Below, in pieces: positions 54,233-64,000 of a DNA stretch of 64,000 nt. This stretch comes from Verrucomicrobiota bacterium. Its GTDB lineage: Bacteria > Verrucomicrobiota > Verrucomicrobiia > Verrucomicrobiales > V1-33. Below the pieces are notes generated by a model. The model ran no database searches. It was not told the origin of the DNA and saw nothing but the letters and a program-made list of their open reading frames with translations. The DNA is taken from contig JBDKER010000009.1 of assembly GCA_039795165.1 (NCBI GenBank), positions 19,699-83,698 of the forward strand. Direction: 5' to 3'. The stretch's first letter is position 1; each line of letters begins with the position of its first letter. The translations under genes were made by a program, and so were the position numbers.

Positions 54233-55975
54233 GTGAGCACTGCTTCGAATCCATCCGCTTCTGCCGCCCCGCCCGTGGACATGGTCAACGTGCAGGTGAA
54301 TGGAAAATGGATGCAGTTTCCCAAGGGTCTGCGGATGATCGAGGCCCTGCGGAGGGCATCGGTGGAGGTGCCGCACTATTGTTATCATCCGAAGCTGAGC
54401 AGTCCCGGGAACTGCCGGATGTGTCTGGTGGAGATGGGAATGCCGGTGCGTCCGGCTCCCGGTCAAACGGAGGTGGAGAAGGACGAGCATGGCTTTGCGA
54501 AGATTCAGTGGAGCCCGCGGGCGGTGATTGCCTGCGCGAACACGGTTTCCGAGGGGATCGGTATCCGCACGGAAGGAAAGCTCGTCGAGGAATGCCGCCG
54601 CGGAGTGATGGAGTTCCTGCTTATCAATCACCCGCTGGATTGCCCGATCTGTGATCAGGCCGGCGAGTGCCGCCTGCAGGAATTCAGCGTCGAGCATGGC
54701 CGGGGCGAAAGCCGTTTTGTCGAGGAAAAGGTCAAGAAGCCGAAGAATGTAAGCATTGGCCCGCGCATTATGCTGGACGACGAGCGCTGCATCATGTGCA
54801 GCCGCTGCATCCGGTTCACGGCGGAGATTGCGGACGAACCCGTGCTCGGATTCACGGAACGCGGCAGCTACACGGTGCTGACCACCCATCCGGGGAAGGA
54901 ACTGGGCCACAACTACAGCCTCAACACGGTGGACATCTGTCCGGTGGGCGCGCTCACAAGCAAGGATTTCCGCTTCGCCATGCGCGTGTGGTTCCTCAAG
55001 GAAACCGAAAGCATCTGCACCGGATGCGCGCGCGGATGCAATACGGTCATTGGTTCCCGCAATGATGTCGTGCACCGCCAGACGCCCCGGCAGAATGACG
55101 AGGTGAACTCCACCTGGATGTGCGACGAGGGACGGCTTGATTTTCATTGGGTGAACAGCGAACGCCGCATGACCGAGCCGACCGTCCGCGAGAACGGACG
55201 TCACCGCACCGCGGGATGGCAGGAAGCAATTCAGACCGCCGCAGCGGAACTGCGCCGGGCCGAACCCGGGCAGATCGCCCTCGTGGCAAGCGGCCGCATG
55301 ACGAACGAGGAACTGTATCTGGCCCGGAAGCTGGCTTTCGTCCTCGGGATCCTGCCAGCCCACATTGACATTGTCCCGCGGTCCGGTCCTGCGGATCAGT
55401 ACCTCGTCGCCGCGGACCGCAATCCGAACACGAATGGTGCTTCCCTCATTCTCACGCCGACCCCGGGAGCGCAGCTCGCCGGAATCCGCGAGGGTGTCGC
55501 CTCCGGCCGCATCACGACCGTAATCTCCCTCCGCGAGAATCTTCTCGCGGGTGCAGCCTTCCCAGCCGACGACCTCGGCAAGGCAAGGTTTGTCCTCCAG
55601 ACCCATGTCATGCTCAACTCGGGCGCGGAAGTGGCTCACGTAGCCCTTCCCGTGGCAGCCTACGCCGAAAAACGCGGAACCATGGTCAATGCCACCGGAC
55701 GCCTCCAGCGGCTCAATGCCGCGGTCGCTTCCCCCGGCATGGCCCGGGATGACTGGGAGGTCCTGCGCGATCTCATCCTCGCCATTTCCGGGCAGAACGG
55801 AATGTATTCGGTCGAAGACGTCTTCCGGGCCATGGCTGCGGATGTGCCGCAATTCAGCGGTCTCACCCTGAATTCGATTGGGTCTCAGGGTGTTGCCGTC
55901 CTCGAGACCGGAGCCACGGTTCCCCTCCTCGAACGCGAGAAGGAACGCCGCGCCCGCGGCATCATCGTAGGCTGA
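54233..55975 (+). CDS. nuoG: NADH-quinone oxidoreductase subunit G-like Fe-S protein
   Basis: 2Fe-2S motif YCYHPKLSSPGNCRMCLVE. 4Fe-4S motifs HPLDCPICDQAGECRLQ, CIMCSRCIRF and ICPVGALTSK. A molybdopterin-oxidoreductase-like C-terminal part. The start is either GTG 54233 or ATG 54281. No other nuo genes are adjacent. Confidence 0.85.
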   Translation: MSTASNPSASAAPPVDMVNVQVNGKWMQFPKGLRMIEALRRASVEVPHYCYHPKLSSPGNCRMCLVEMGMPVRPAPGQTEVEKDEHGFAKIQWSPRAVIACANTVSEGIGIRTEGKLVEECRRGVMEFLLINHPLDCPICDQAGECRLQEFSVEHGRGESRFVEEKVKKPKNVSIGPRIMLDDERCIMCSRCIRFTAEIADEPVLGFTERGSYTVLTTHPGKELGHNYSLNTVDICPVGALTSKDFRFAMRVWFLKETESICTGCARGCNTVIGSRNDVVHRQTPRQNDEVNSTWMCDEGRLDFHWVNSERRMTEPTVRENGRHRTAGWQEAIQTAAAELRRAEPGQIALVASGRMTNEELYLARKLAFVLGILPAHIDIVPRSGPADQYLVAADRNPNTNGASLILTPTPGAQLAGIREGVASGRITTVISLRENLLAGAAFPADDLGKARFVLQTHVMLNSGAEVAHVALPVAAYAEKRGTMVNATGRLQRLNAAVASPGMARDDWEVLRDLILAISGQNGMYSVEDVFRAMAADVPQFSGLTLNSIGSQGVAVLETGATVPLLEREKERRARGIIVG

Positions 55976-56293
55976 TCGACGAAACCTTTGGCGGCGTCGG
56001 TTTCCGGAGAAAACTCCCCGGAGAGCCACCGCGCCGCCCCTGCCGATTCCGTCGCCCTGAGAGAACTGGTCGCTACGGTGCTAACAAATGTGAATTTCTG
56101 GCATTTCCCGAATTTCCATAGGGCCAGCATGATTTTTCGGTCATGCGTAGCGAAAAACTTTTGACGCCGGGCGTCCGGGTCGGCTAGTTGTCATTTTGTC
56201 GGAAAACACGTGGTCTCATTCTGCGGAGACCCTGCCGCTTGCCCGACTTCCTCCTGACCTGCCTTTGCCCATCGAATTTTTCCCGAGAACACT

Positions 56294-59200
56294 ATGAAAC
56301 GTGCTGCCCTGAAACGCTGGATTCCGTTCCGTCTTGCTGCCCTTGTGGCTCCTCTGATCGCTGCCTGGCCTCAGATGGCGCGCAGTGCGGACATCTGGTG
56401 GGACAACGTGGGAGGAACGGCGAATGACTGGGGTGGGCTGGCCAACTGGTCGTCCGTAGCGGGTGGGGGCACGAATCCGACGGCCATTCCCGGGGCGGCG
56501 GACATTGCGATTTTCAACGCGACTTCTCTGACGACGGCGCAGACTGTGAACGTCAATGCGGATCGCACTCTGCTCGGACTGAGCTCGACTTCCGGTGCCG
56601 CGGTGACACTCCAGGCGGGCGGGACGAACCGCCTGCTGACACTTGGAGCGTCTGGAATCGTGAAGTCGGGTGCGGGAGCCATGACGATCGGGTCGGCGAC
56701 GGCGAACCAGAATGTGAACGTGCGTCTCGCGGCCGATCAGACGTGGGCCAATAACAACAACACGGGCATTCTCAACATCATCAACGGGGTGCAGCCGAGC
56801 ACAGCGGCTAACCGCAAGCTCACGCTGGGTGGCTCGAGCACCGCCGCCAATGTCGTCACGGGGATCATCGCCAATAATGGAGCGGGTGTCCTCAGCATCG
56901 ACAAAGCCGGAGCAGGGCGCTGGACGCTGGCCGGGGCCAACACCTTCACGGGTGCCGTCAACATTCTGGCGGGAACCATGGTGGCTCAGAACAACGCTGC
57001 CTTCGGAACCACCGCGGCTGGGACTACGGTGGCATCGGGTGCCGCTCTTGAACTCGGTGGAAGTGTCGCGGCGAATGGTCTCAATCTCGGCGGTGAAGTC
57101 ATTACGGTGAGCGGCACGGGTGTGGGCGGCACGGGAGCGCTACTGAACACGAGTGCCAACGACCAGCAGAACGCGGTGCAGCAGGTGGTACTGGCTGGAG
57201 ATGCCAGCTTCGGGGGAAGCCGACGCTGGGACATCCGCAGCGGTACGGCGCTCGGTGCCAGCCTCAACGGCAGTGGCTTCAGCGTCACGAAGGTGGGCAC
57301 CAACTACCTGCCGCTCGTCAACGTCAATGTCGCCAACGTCAATCAGTTCCGTGTGCAGAGCGGAACCATGGCTGCGGAAGTCTCCACGCTGATCAATTCG
57401 TCTAATGTCACGGGCGGCGTGCTCGTGCAGCCAGTCGCCTCAGGAACCGCTGCCTGGCATCACTGGGGCAGCAACCTGAGCCACTCGGCTGATTACCGTC
57501 TCGACTCGACGGCAGCGGGATCGACCGCCCGGCTTGAAGTTCAGAATGGAGTCACCACCTTCACCGGAACGCTCACTGCGACTGGCAATGGCAACGTGAT
57601 CGATGTCGACGGTGGCTGGCGCGGCATCATCAATGGCGTGCTCGCTGGCGATGGGGCCATCTCGAAGAACGATAACGGGGCCCTGCTCATCAATGGCAAC
57701 GCGAACACGCATTCCGGAGCCTTCACGATTTCCGCCGGTTCGCTGGGCGGTGTGGGAACGCTTTCCTCTTCGACGGTAAACTGGAACAATGGTGCGAACA
57801 TCAGCCCGGGGGACCTGACCCTTTCGGCAGGGACCCTGACGCTGTCCGGAAATGTCATTTCATCCGGGACAAACTCCGCCGTGTTCAATGTGGGTACCGC
57901 TTCCGATCGGCTCGTGACCGGAGCGCTCACGCAGAATGGAACGACGGCGGTGACGGTTGCTGCCGGGGCGGGGTTCGCCGCCGGCACGTATCCGCTCATC
58001 TCCTACAGCAGCCTCAGCGGCAGCACTGGCGCTGCCGGGTTCACGATCGGGCATCACTTGAATGGTTCCCTGCAGAATAACGCTGCGGCTGGCACCATCG
58101 ACCTCGTGGTCAAGGGGACTGAGCAGATGATCTGGACGGGTGCCAGCAATGGCATTCTCGTGGCAGGTTCGCTCACGAATCCAGTGCTTCCCAATTTCTC
58201 CTGGCTGGGTTCCGGTGCGGAATTCGTCAATGGAGACAGCATTGTCTTCAATGATTCTGCGGTGGGGCCGACCAGCATTGTCCTTCCATCTTCCCTCACG
58301 CCGGGATCAATCACTTTCGACAATTCGGCGAAGAACTACACGATTGACGGCCCTGCCAGTTTTACAGGGACGGCTGGGTTGGTGAAGTCGGGTTCCGGTA
58401 CGCTCACGTTCCTTGCGAACCAAAGCATCACGGGTCCCATTTCGGTTGAAGGAGGCACTCTGCAGTTGGGCAGCGACAGCCGGGCGGCGACGCTGCCGGG
58501 AGCCTCTGGCGTGCTGCCGACGATTAATCTGGCATCAGGAACCACCCTCGGGCTCTCCGCCGGGGGCACCGCTGAAGTCGGTCTCAGCAGCAATATCAGC
58601 GGCAGCGGACGGATCGTCCTCAATTCAACGCAGAACGATACGCTGCACAATTTCACGGCAGACCGTGGCAACATGGCGCTGCGCGGCGACAACAGTGGCT
58701 TCACGGGCGATATCATCATCACGGATGGCAACCGCCTGCGGGCGAATTCGACGAATGCCCTCGGGAATGCGGCATCGATCACCATCGAAAATGGCGGCGC
58801 TCTGCTCGCTGACCCTGCTGCGGGTGGCATGGTGTACTCCGGACCAGTTTCCGTTGGCGGGCTTGGCTGGCAGGAAACGGGTGGTCAACTCGGGGCTCTC
58901 CGTCTCAACTTCAACACGGTCCTGAGTGGTCCGGTGACCCTGACGGCCGACACGCGCATCAGTGCGGCGGTGGGAACCACGGCGAACACGAACGAGGGTA
59001 CGATTTCCGGGGTCATTACCGGTCCGCATGCTCTCGAAGTAGGACTTCGCCAGATTGCCGCAAGTGCTAGCGGTACCATCACGCTGAGCAACCCGGCCAA
59101 CACGTACACGGGCGACACGTCGATCACCCGGGCCACGGTCAGCGCCGCCACGATTGCCGACGCAGGGCAGGACAGCAGCCTCGGCAAGGGATCGACCATC

Positions 59201-62200
59201 AATCTCGAAGTGGGAACCCTCCTCGTGACGGGTGCGGGTCCCATGAGCACGAACCGGACGATCACCGTGAACCAGGGAGGTCAGGGTGGCGGCATCATCG
59301 GCACGAGCGATCCCTCGGCCACGCTCACGATCACGGGCAAGATCTTGAACGGGAATGCCAACTTCCCTGTTTCCAGCCTCGACTTCATCAACGGCAGCCC
59401 CACGGCCCTTGGTACCGGCGGCACAGTCGTTCTGAATACCGCGGATCCCATCGTGGCCTCCAGCACCACGGTGCACCGTCAGAATCTGACCCTGGCTGGG
59501 AACACCAGCTACACGGTGGGTTATCCAGTCCAGGGCTCGAGCCCGGCACCGTTCGGTTACCCTGGCGGTTTCAATCTCGGCAACAGCACCAGCGCGACTA
59601 ATGCCGGACCGGTGACCCTCACGGTGCAGGACAATGCCGTCCTCACGACCTACGGGAACTTCGATGCGGGCAACCAGAATCCAGGCTTCGTTCCCGGTGG
59701 TACGGGCGTCACCATCCTGCAGACTGGTGGTACCATCAATGCTCTCCGCGGCGGTGGATCGTATTCCGCCGGAGGTGCCGACACCGCCAACCGCGCCATG
59801 CGCCTCGGTCACTGGCCGAACGGAGATACCACCTACGCGCTTTCGGGCGGAACCCTCAATGTGCCCAATGGCTACGTGGCACTCGGATGGGACGGCAATG
59901 GGACGATCAATCAGAGCGGCACATCCGTCGCCAATCTGCGTGGCCTTCGCATTGGCAACAACGCGACTTCCGTGGGCAAATACACGCTGGCCGGCGGCAC
60001 GCTCAATGTCGGCGACCTCGGCATCCTGAAGAACGGGGCCGCGACCACGCATGAATTCAACATGGATGGCGGCACCCTGAAGGCGTCGTCTGATTTCGCG
60101 ATCAGCAGCGGTCTTCCCATCTACGCCCGGGCTGGCGGTGCCATCATTGATACCAACGGATTCACGATCAACTCGGCCTCTGCGATCCTCGACGGCGGCG
60201 GTGGACTCGTGAAAAATGGTGCTGGACTGCTCGAACTCCCGGTAGGCAACACCCACACCGGAGCGACTGTGGTGAATGCTGGTTCACTCGGTGGTTCCGC
60301 GGCCACCTTCACGGCATCGAATGTCACGGTCAATTCGGGAGCCAGCGTGTCCGGTTCCGCTTCCTTCCTCGCGACCAATGGGATCGCGCTGACGGTGAAT
60401 GCCCGCGGGGCCATCAGTCCTGGGTCATCCTCGGGAGCGGGAATCGGTACGATCACCGCAACGACACTCAGGCTCGCAGCGGGCTCTCAGCTGAATCTGA
60501 CTCCGGGGGCTGCCGGGGCGGGTGATATCATATCGGTGACTGCAGAGGGTGGTCTGGTGACACCTTCCGTGAATCCTTCCGTGGGTAAAGCATCGCTCAA
60601 TGTTCTTCCCGTGGGCGTGCTTGAGGCGGGAACGTACGATCTGGTGCTCTATAACACAGCCATCGGCGGAGGCGGATTTGCCGGCATCAATGCCAATCTT
60701 CCGCACCTGATTGACGGAGTGGTCTTTGATAATGGTGCTGGACGCATTCAACTGACCCACTCAGGCCAGGAGACGATGACGTGGACGGGAGCATCCGGTG
60801 GTTCGTGGGACACATCTTCCACCAATTTCTCGGGCACGGTGACAGGTCCAGACAGCTTCCTTCAGGGAGATGTTGTCGTTTTCGACAGCACCAAGTCGCC
60901 TGTGGAGACCGCGGTGACAGTTGCTGGTTCCGGGGTCACTCCGGCATCGGTGAGCATCAATGACGCGAGCGGATCGTTCACCTTCTCCGGTGGATCCATC
61001 AATGGCGGTGGCGGCATCACCAAGACGGGTGCCGGCAAGACCGTGATGGCCACGGACAATACCAACACGGGCACGACCACCATTTCCGCCGGCACGCTCC
61101 AGATTGGCAATGGCGGCACGAAGGGAAATCTCGGCAGTGGATCGGTCGTGAATGATGGAACCCTCGCGGTCAATAAGTCGTCGCAGACAGTGCTCACGGG
61201 AGCAATTTCCGGAACTGGGGTACTGCGCAACGATGGGACGGGCCGGACGATCCTTCCTCGTGACAACAGCTATGCGGGTGGCACGGTCATCAGCAAGGGA
61301 GCCATGGAGGGCCGGACGGCGGCCGCCTTTGGAACTGGCACCATCACGCTTGGTGACGCCTCCACTGGAGCGAATGACGTCGCACTGCTCTTCAATCCGT
61401 TCAATAACGACGCGGCCATCACCGTGGCGAATCCGATCGTGGTGGCTGCCGGTGGCACTGGACGGGTCACGATTGGATCGGGCGAAAATTCCAACGTGGG
61501 AGCCGGTCTGATCTTCTCGGCGGCGAGCACCTTGACACTGAACCGTGATGTTACCCTGACCGGTGACCTTGACCGGACGACTTGGGACGGTGTCATCAGT
61601 GGAACGGTCGATACCATCAACATTGCGCCCAGTCCGGCGCTTGATGCCACGCTGCGTCCCGGCCGGGTGAGCTGGAGCGGAGCGAATACCTTCACTCCTG
61701 CGACGGCTTCGTTCACGACGATCAATGTGCTCGACCGCGCAATCTTCCAACTGGGGCAGGCGGCGACGTCGACTGCCATTGACCAGGTGCCGGATACGGC
61801 AGCGGTGGTGGTGGCGGCTGGTGGCACGCTCCAGTTCGGGATTGCTAACGACAGTGAAACCATCGGCGATCTGTCCGGAGCGGGTACGGTTCGTAACATC
61901 ACCAACACGGCGCTCAATCTGACGTTCGGCACTTCGCGGGACACGGAATTCTCGGGCGTTCTCAACGGAGGCAATGCCCTTTCATTCATCAAGCAGGGGA
62001 GCGGAACGTTCACGATGAGCGGCAACCTCGATAATCCCACAGGGAACATCGCGGTGAATGCCGGCACGGTTCTGCTGGCCAAGGAGAGCACCCCGTTCGT
62101 GCACGCGCTCGGTGGCGCTTCTACGGTCAACAGTGGCGGTACCCTCAAGCTCGGCGGATCCTGGACTTACACTCGTCCGGAGAGCGATGGCCGTACCGGG

Positions 62201-63904
62201 GTCAATTCCGCTCCTTCCAATGCCCCGGCGAACTATGTGGACCAGGTGTACAACGGGGCTGGGCTGACGATCAACGCAGGTGGTGTCCTGGATATGAACG
62301 GGCGTTCGGAAGCCGTCAACACGCTGGCCGGAGCGGGTACCGTGACGAACAGCGGCGGGGTTCCGTCCATGCTCTATATCGGTGCGAACAACGGTGACAG
62401 CACCTTCGCGGGTCTGCTTGAAGACGGAACCGGTGGTCTTGGCGTCGTTAAGATGGGTACTGGAGTGATGACGCTGTCGGGTGCGAGCACCTACAGTGGC
62501 GTCACGGAAATCCGGAGCGACAACGTGACCGTCACGGATCTTCAGGCTCTCGGGACTGCGTCGGCCGGCACGATCATCGGAACCAACCGCGACAATAGTG
62601 GCGGGACCGATATTCCGTCGCTCACGATCAATGTGACGACGGCCAGCACGCCGGAGGCTCCGAACATCTTTGCGGAGCCGCTCACGCTGCGCTCGGAAAC
62701 GGCCGGGGACCAGCGCTCGCAGGTGGTCAATGCGGCCCAGAACACGCGGCTGACGGGCCCGATCGTGGTGGAGGGCGATGGCATCAGCCAGTTTGTCGCC
62801 AGCCAGGCGGCGGGAAGTCAGTTCCAGATCAATGGCAGCATCACGGGAACATCCAATGGGATTCTCTTCCTGCGGGGAGCTGGGGAGTTGCAGGTCAACG
62901 GTGTCATCAATGCTCCTGCCCTGCAGGTGGCCAAGACTGAAGGCAGCCTGCTCATCCTGAATTCCACGGGCAACGATTACCTCGACATCTCGCTGGTGCA
63001 TGGAACGACGCGGACGGATGTGCCGAATGCGATCGATCCGACTGCGATCCTCCGCATGGGTCAGAACGGGAATGACAACACGCTCGATCTGAATGGCAAC
63101 AATCAGACGGTGGCCGGGATCCGGCTGAACTTCGGTTTCTCCGATGCCCGCAACCGTGTGGTGACGAACCTGTCGGCAACTCCGGCGACCCTGACCATCA
63201 ATACGCCAAATGCGCTTGGCGCAGACATGAACTATGGTGCTCCGGGCCTCGGTGGAACCATCGCGGGGAATCTGTCGCTTGTGAAGGATGGACCGGGCAC
63301 GCAGGTGCTGTCCGCTGCCAATACCTACACGGGGACGACGACGGTGAATGGCGGGACCCTGCGGGTCGATGGCAGCATCACGAGTGCCACCACGGTGAAC
63401 CGGAATGGCGTGCTGGCTGGTCTTGGAACGGTGGGTGGCGTCGATGTGGCCGATGGCGGCACGCTGCGTCCGAGCGGCATTCTGACGACTGGGGCGGTGA
63501 CGACCCGGGTCGGTGGTCTGGTGGAATTCTCGATTGGGGGAACCACGGCAGGCACGCAGTACACGCGCCTCAATACCATCGGGGCCATCAATGTGGACAG
63601 CTCGACCCTTGTGGTGTCGCTGACGAATGGCTTCGTTCCTGCGCAGTTTGACAAGTTCACGCTCTGGGCGAACGACGATACGGATCCGTTTGCGGGAACC
63701 TTTGATGGGGTCTTTGAAGGATCGCTGCTGCCGGTGGCTGGGACGTCGGGTACGGCGGATCTTGATGCCGACTATTGGATGGTTTCGTACACAGGTGACA
63801 CGGGGAACGACTTTGTGCTGACCTACGTACCGGAGCCGGGTACGGCGGCACTGCTGCTGGCGGGTGGTCTGCCCCTGCTGCGCCGCCGCCGTCGCGCGGC
63901 CTGA
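56294..63904 (+). CDS. giant (2536 aa) surface protein with autotransporter-associated beta-strand (PATR) repeats and a C-terminal PEP-CTERM sorting signal
   Basis: Signal MKRAALKRWIPFRLAALVAPLIAAWPQMARSA. Many G(T/K)..L.G.NT(Y/F)TG.T.(I/V)..GTL units (e.g. GRWTLAGANTFTGAVNILAGTM, GTQVLSAANTYTGTTTVNGGTLRVDG). The C-terminus YVPEPGTAALLLAGGLPLLRRRRRAA (about 63824-63901) is VPEP + TM + Arg cluster. Confidence 0.9.
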   Translation: MKRAALKRWIPFRLAALVAPLIAAWPQMARSADIWWDNVGGTANDWGGLANWSSVAGGGTNPTAIPGAADIAIFNATSLTTAQTVNVNADRTLLGLSSTSGAAVTLQAGGTNRLLTLGASGIVKSGAGAMTIGSATANQNVNVRLAADQTWANNNNTGILNIINGVQPSTAANRKLTLGGSSTAANVVTGIIANNGAGVLSIDKAGAGRWTLAGANTFTGAVNILAGTMVAQNNAAFGTTAAGTTVASGAALELGGSVAANGLNLGGEVITVSGTGVGGTGALLNTSANDQQNAVQQVVLAGDASFGGSRRWDIRSGTALGASLNGSGFSVTKVGTNYLPLVNVNVANVNQFRVQSGTMAAEVSTLINSSNVTGGVLVQPVASGTAAWHHWGSNLSHSADYRLDSTAAGSTARLEVQNGVTTFTGTLTATGNGNVIDVDGGWRGIINGVLAGDGAISKNDNGALLINGNANTHSGAFTISAGSLGGVGTLSSSTVNWNNGANISPGDLTLSAGTLTLSGNVISSGTNSAVFNVGTASDRLVTGALTQNGTTAVTVAAGAGFAAGTYPLISYSSLSGSTGAAGFTIGHHLNGSLQNNAAAGTIDLVVKGTEQMIWTGASNGILVAGSLTNPVLPNFSWLGSGAEFVNGDSIVFNDSAVGPTSIVLPSSLTPGSITFDNSAKNYTIDGPASFTGTAGLVKSGSGTLTFLANQSITGPISVEGGTLQLGSDSRAATLPGASGVLPTINLASGTTLGLSAGGTAEVGLSSNISGSGRIVLNSTQNDTLHNFTADRGNMALRGDNSGFTGDIIITDGNRLRANSTNALGNAASITIENGGALLADPAAGGMVYSGPVSVGGLGWQETGGQLGALRLNFNTVLSGPVTLTADTRISAAVGTTANTNEGTISGVITGPHALEVGLRQIAASASGTITLSNPANTYTGDTSITRATVSAATIADAGQDSSLGKGSTINLEVGTLLVTGAGPMSTNRTITVNQGGQGGGIIGTSDPSATLTITGKILNGNANFPVSSLDFINGSPTALGTGGTVVLNTADPIVASSTTVHRQNLTLAGNTSYTVGYPVQGSSPAPFGYPGGFNLGNSTSATNAGPVTLTVQDNAVLTTYGNFDAGNQNPGFVPGGTGVTILQTGGTINALRGGGSYSAGGADTANRAMRLGHWPNGDTTYALSGGTLNVPNGYVALGWDGNGTINQSGTSVANLRGLRIGNNATSVGKYTLAGGTLNVGDLGILKNGAATTHEFNMDGGTLKASSDFAISSGLPIYARAGGAIIDTNGFTINSASAILDGGGGLVKNGAGLLELPVGNTHTGATVVNAGSLGGSAATFTASNVTVNSGASVSGSASFLATNGIALTVNARGAISPGSSSGAGIGTITATTLRLAAGSQLNLTPGAAGAGDIISVTAEGGLVTPSVNPSVGKASLNVLPVGVLEAGTYDLVLYNTAIGGGGFAGINANLPHLIDGVVFDNGAGRIQLTHSGQETMTWTGASGGSWDTSSTNFSGTVTGPDSFLQGDVVVFDSTKSPVETAVTVAGSGVTPASVSINDASGSFTFSGGSINGGGGITKTGAGKTVMATDNTNTGTTTISAGTLQIGNGGTKGNLGSGSVVNDGTLAVNKSSQTVLTGAISGTGVLRNDGTGRTILPRDNSYAGGTVISKGAMEGRTAAAFGTGTITLGDASTGANDVALLFNPFNNDAAITVANPIVVAAGGTGRVTIGSGENSNVGAGLIFSAASTLTLNRDVTLTGDLDRTTWDGVISGTVDTINIAPSPALDATLRPGRVSWSGANTFTPATASFTTINVLDRAIFQLGQAATSTAIDQVPDTAAVVVAAGGTLQFGIANDSETIGDLSGAGTVRNITNTALNLTFGTSRDTEFSGVLNGGNALSFIKQGSGTFTMSGNLDNPTGNIAVNAGTVLLAKESTPFVHALGGASTVNSGGTLKLGGSWTYTRPESDGRTGVNSAPSNAPANYVDQVYNGAGLTINAGGVLDMNGRSEAVNTLAGAGTVTNSGGVPSMLYIGANNGDSTFAGLLEDGTGGLGVVKMGTGVMTLSGASTYSGVTEIRSDNVTVTDLQALGTASAGTIIGTNRDNSGGTDIPSLTINVTTASTPEAPNIFAEPLTLRSETAGDQRSQVVNAAQNTRLTGPIVVEGDGISQFVASQAAGSQFQINGSITGTSNGILFLRGAGELQVNGVINAPALQVAKTEGSLLILNSTGNDYLDISLVHGTTRTDVPNAIDPTAILRMGQNGNDNTLDLNGNNQTVAGIRLNFGFSDARNRVVTNLSATPATLTINTPNALGADMNYGAPGLGGTIAGNLSLVKDGPGTQVLSAANTYTGTTTVNGGTLRVDGSITSATTVNRNGVLAGLGTVGGVDVADGGTLRPSGILTTGAVTTRVGGLVEFSIGGTTAGTQYTRLNTIGAINVDSSTLVVSLTNGFVPAQFDKFTLWANDDTDPFAGTFDGVFEGSLLPVAGTSGTADLDADYWMVSYTGDTGNDFVLTYVPEPGTAALLLAGGLPLLRRRRRAA

Positions 63905-63925
63905 GGGCTTCTGCATTGATTCCGG

Positions 63926-63970
63926 AGCCGCTGCCCGGGGGATTGTCCCTGTGCAGCGGCTCTTGCTTTC
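63926..63970 (+). terminator. probable intrinsic terminator after the giant gene
   Basis: GAGCCGCTGC-(17 nt)-GCAGCGGCTC followed by TTGCTTTCC. The 10-bp stem is perfect but the T tract is interrupted. Confidence 0.55.
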
Positions 63971-64000
63971 CGGGCTGGGGTGGGTATCCGCTGGGCCTCC

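Noticed and set aside
53585-56029. 814-aa minus-strand ORF antisense to the XRE and nuoG genes
   Set aside because: It is a shadow ORF. The plus-strand genes carry unmistakable HTH and Fe-S motifs, and the antisense product is low-complexity.
58625-63916. Three long minus-strand ORFs (543, 329 and 644 aa) inside the giant adhesin gene
   Set aside because: The Gly/Thr/Ala/Asn-rich repeat codons of the plus-strand gene leave the antisense frames free of stops. The products are Arg/Asp/His-rich and have no domain features.

Overview
The window is a high-GC (roughly 60%) chromosomal segment that looks like Verrucomicrobiota (PVC superphylum). The evidence is the gene families present: DUF1501, DUF1552 and DUF1588 proteins, a PVC-type CxxCH heme protein, three type-I sulfatases, a giant PEP-CTERM protein with autotransporter-associated beta-strand repeats, and a protein I recognise as Amuc_1100 family. 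I call about 44 CDS. Housekeeping genes are asnS, argS, hrpA, rho, coaE, rnd, fmt, smpB, rpoZ, gap, kup and fcl. They are interspersed with exported or TAT-signal enzymes, probably for sulfated-glycan use, and one ParE-type toxin-antitoxin pair. I found no rRNA, tRNA, CRISPR array, transposase or integrase. The most interesting locus is a discrete five-gene minus-strand operon (38308-45562). It encodes a TPR-secretin, a PilM-PilN fusion and three lineage-specific envelope proteins, matching the poorly understood Amuc_1098-1102 pilus-like cluster of Akkermansia. No pilin, ATPase or platform gene lies anywhere in the 64 kb. Other notable observations: (1) a single-chain tandem duplication of an SHD1 plus retropepsin-like (DTG) module; (2) fmt running without a stop codon into a 125-aa segment with three TM helices; (3) a 14-copy 9-bp G-tract tandem repeat behind a GC hairpin between convergent genes; (4) a REP/MITE-like inverted-repeat element with 9-bp flanking direct repeats at the asnS stop; (5) a perfect TGTGA-N6-TCACA palindrome upstream of an orphan nuoG; (6) an orphan sdhC; (7) a sulfatase with substitutions in two catalytic motifs. 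All calls rest on reading the ORF translations and the DNA by eye. No searches or alignments were run.
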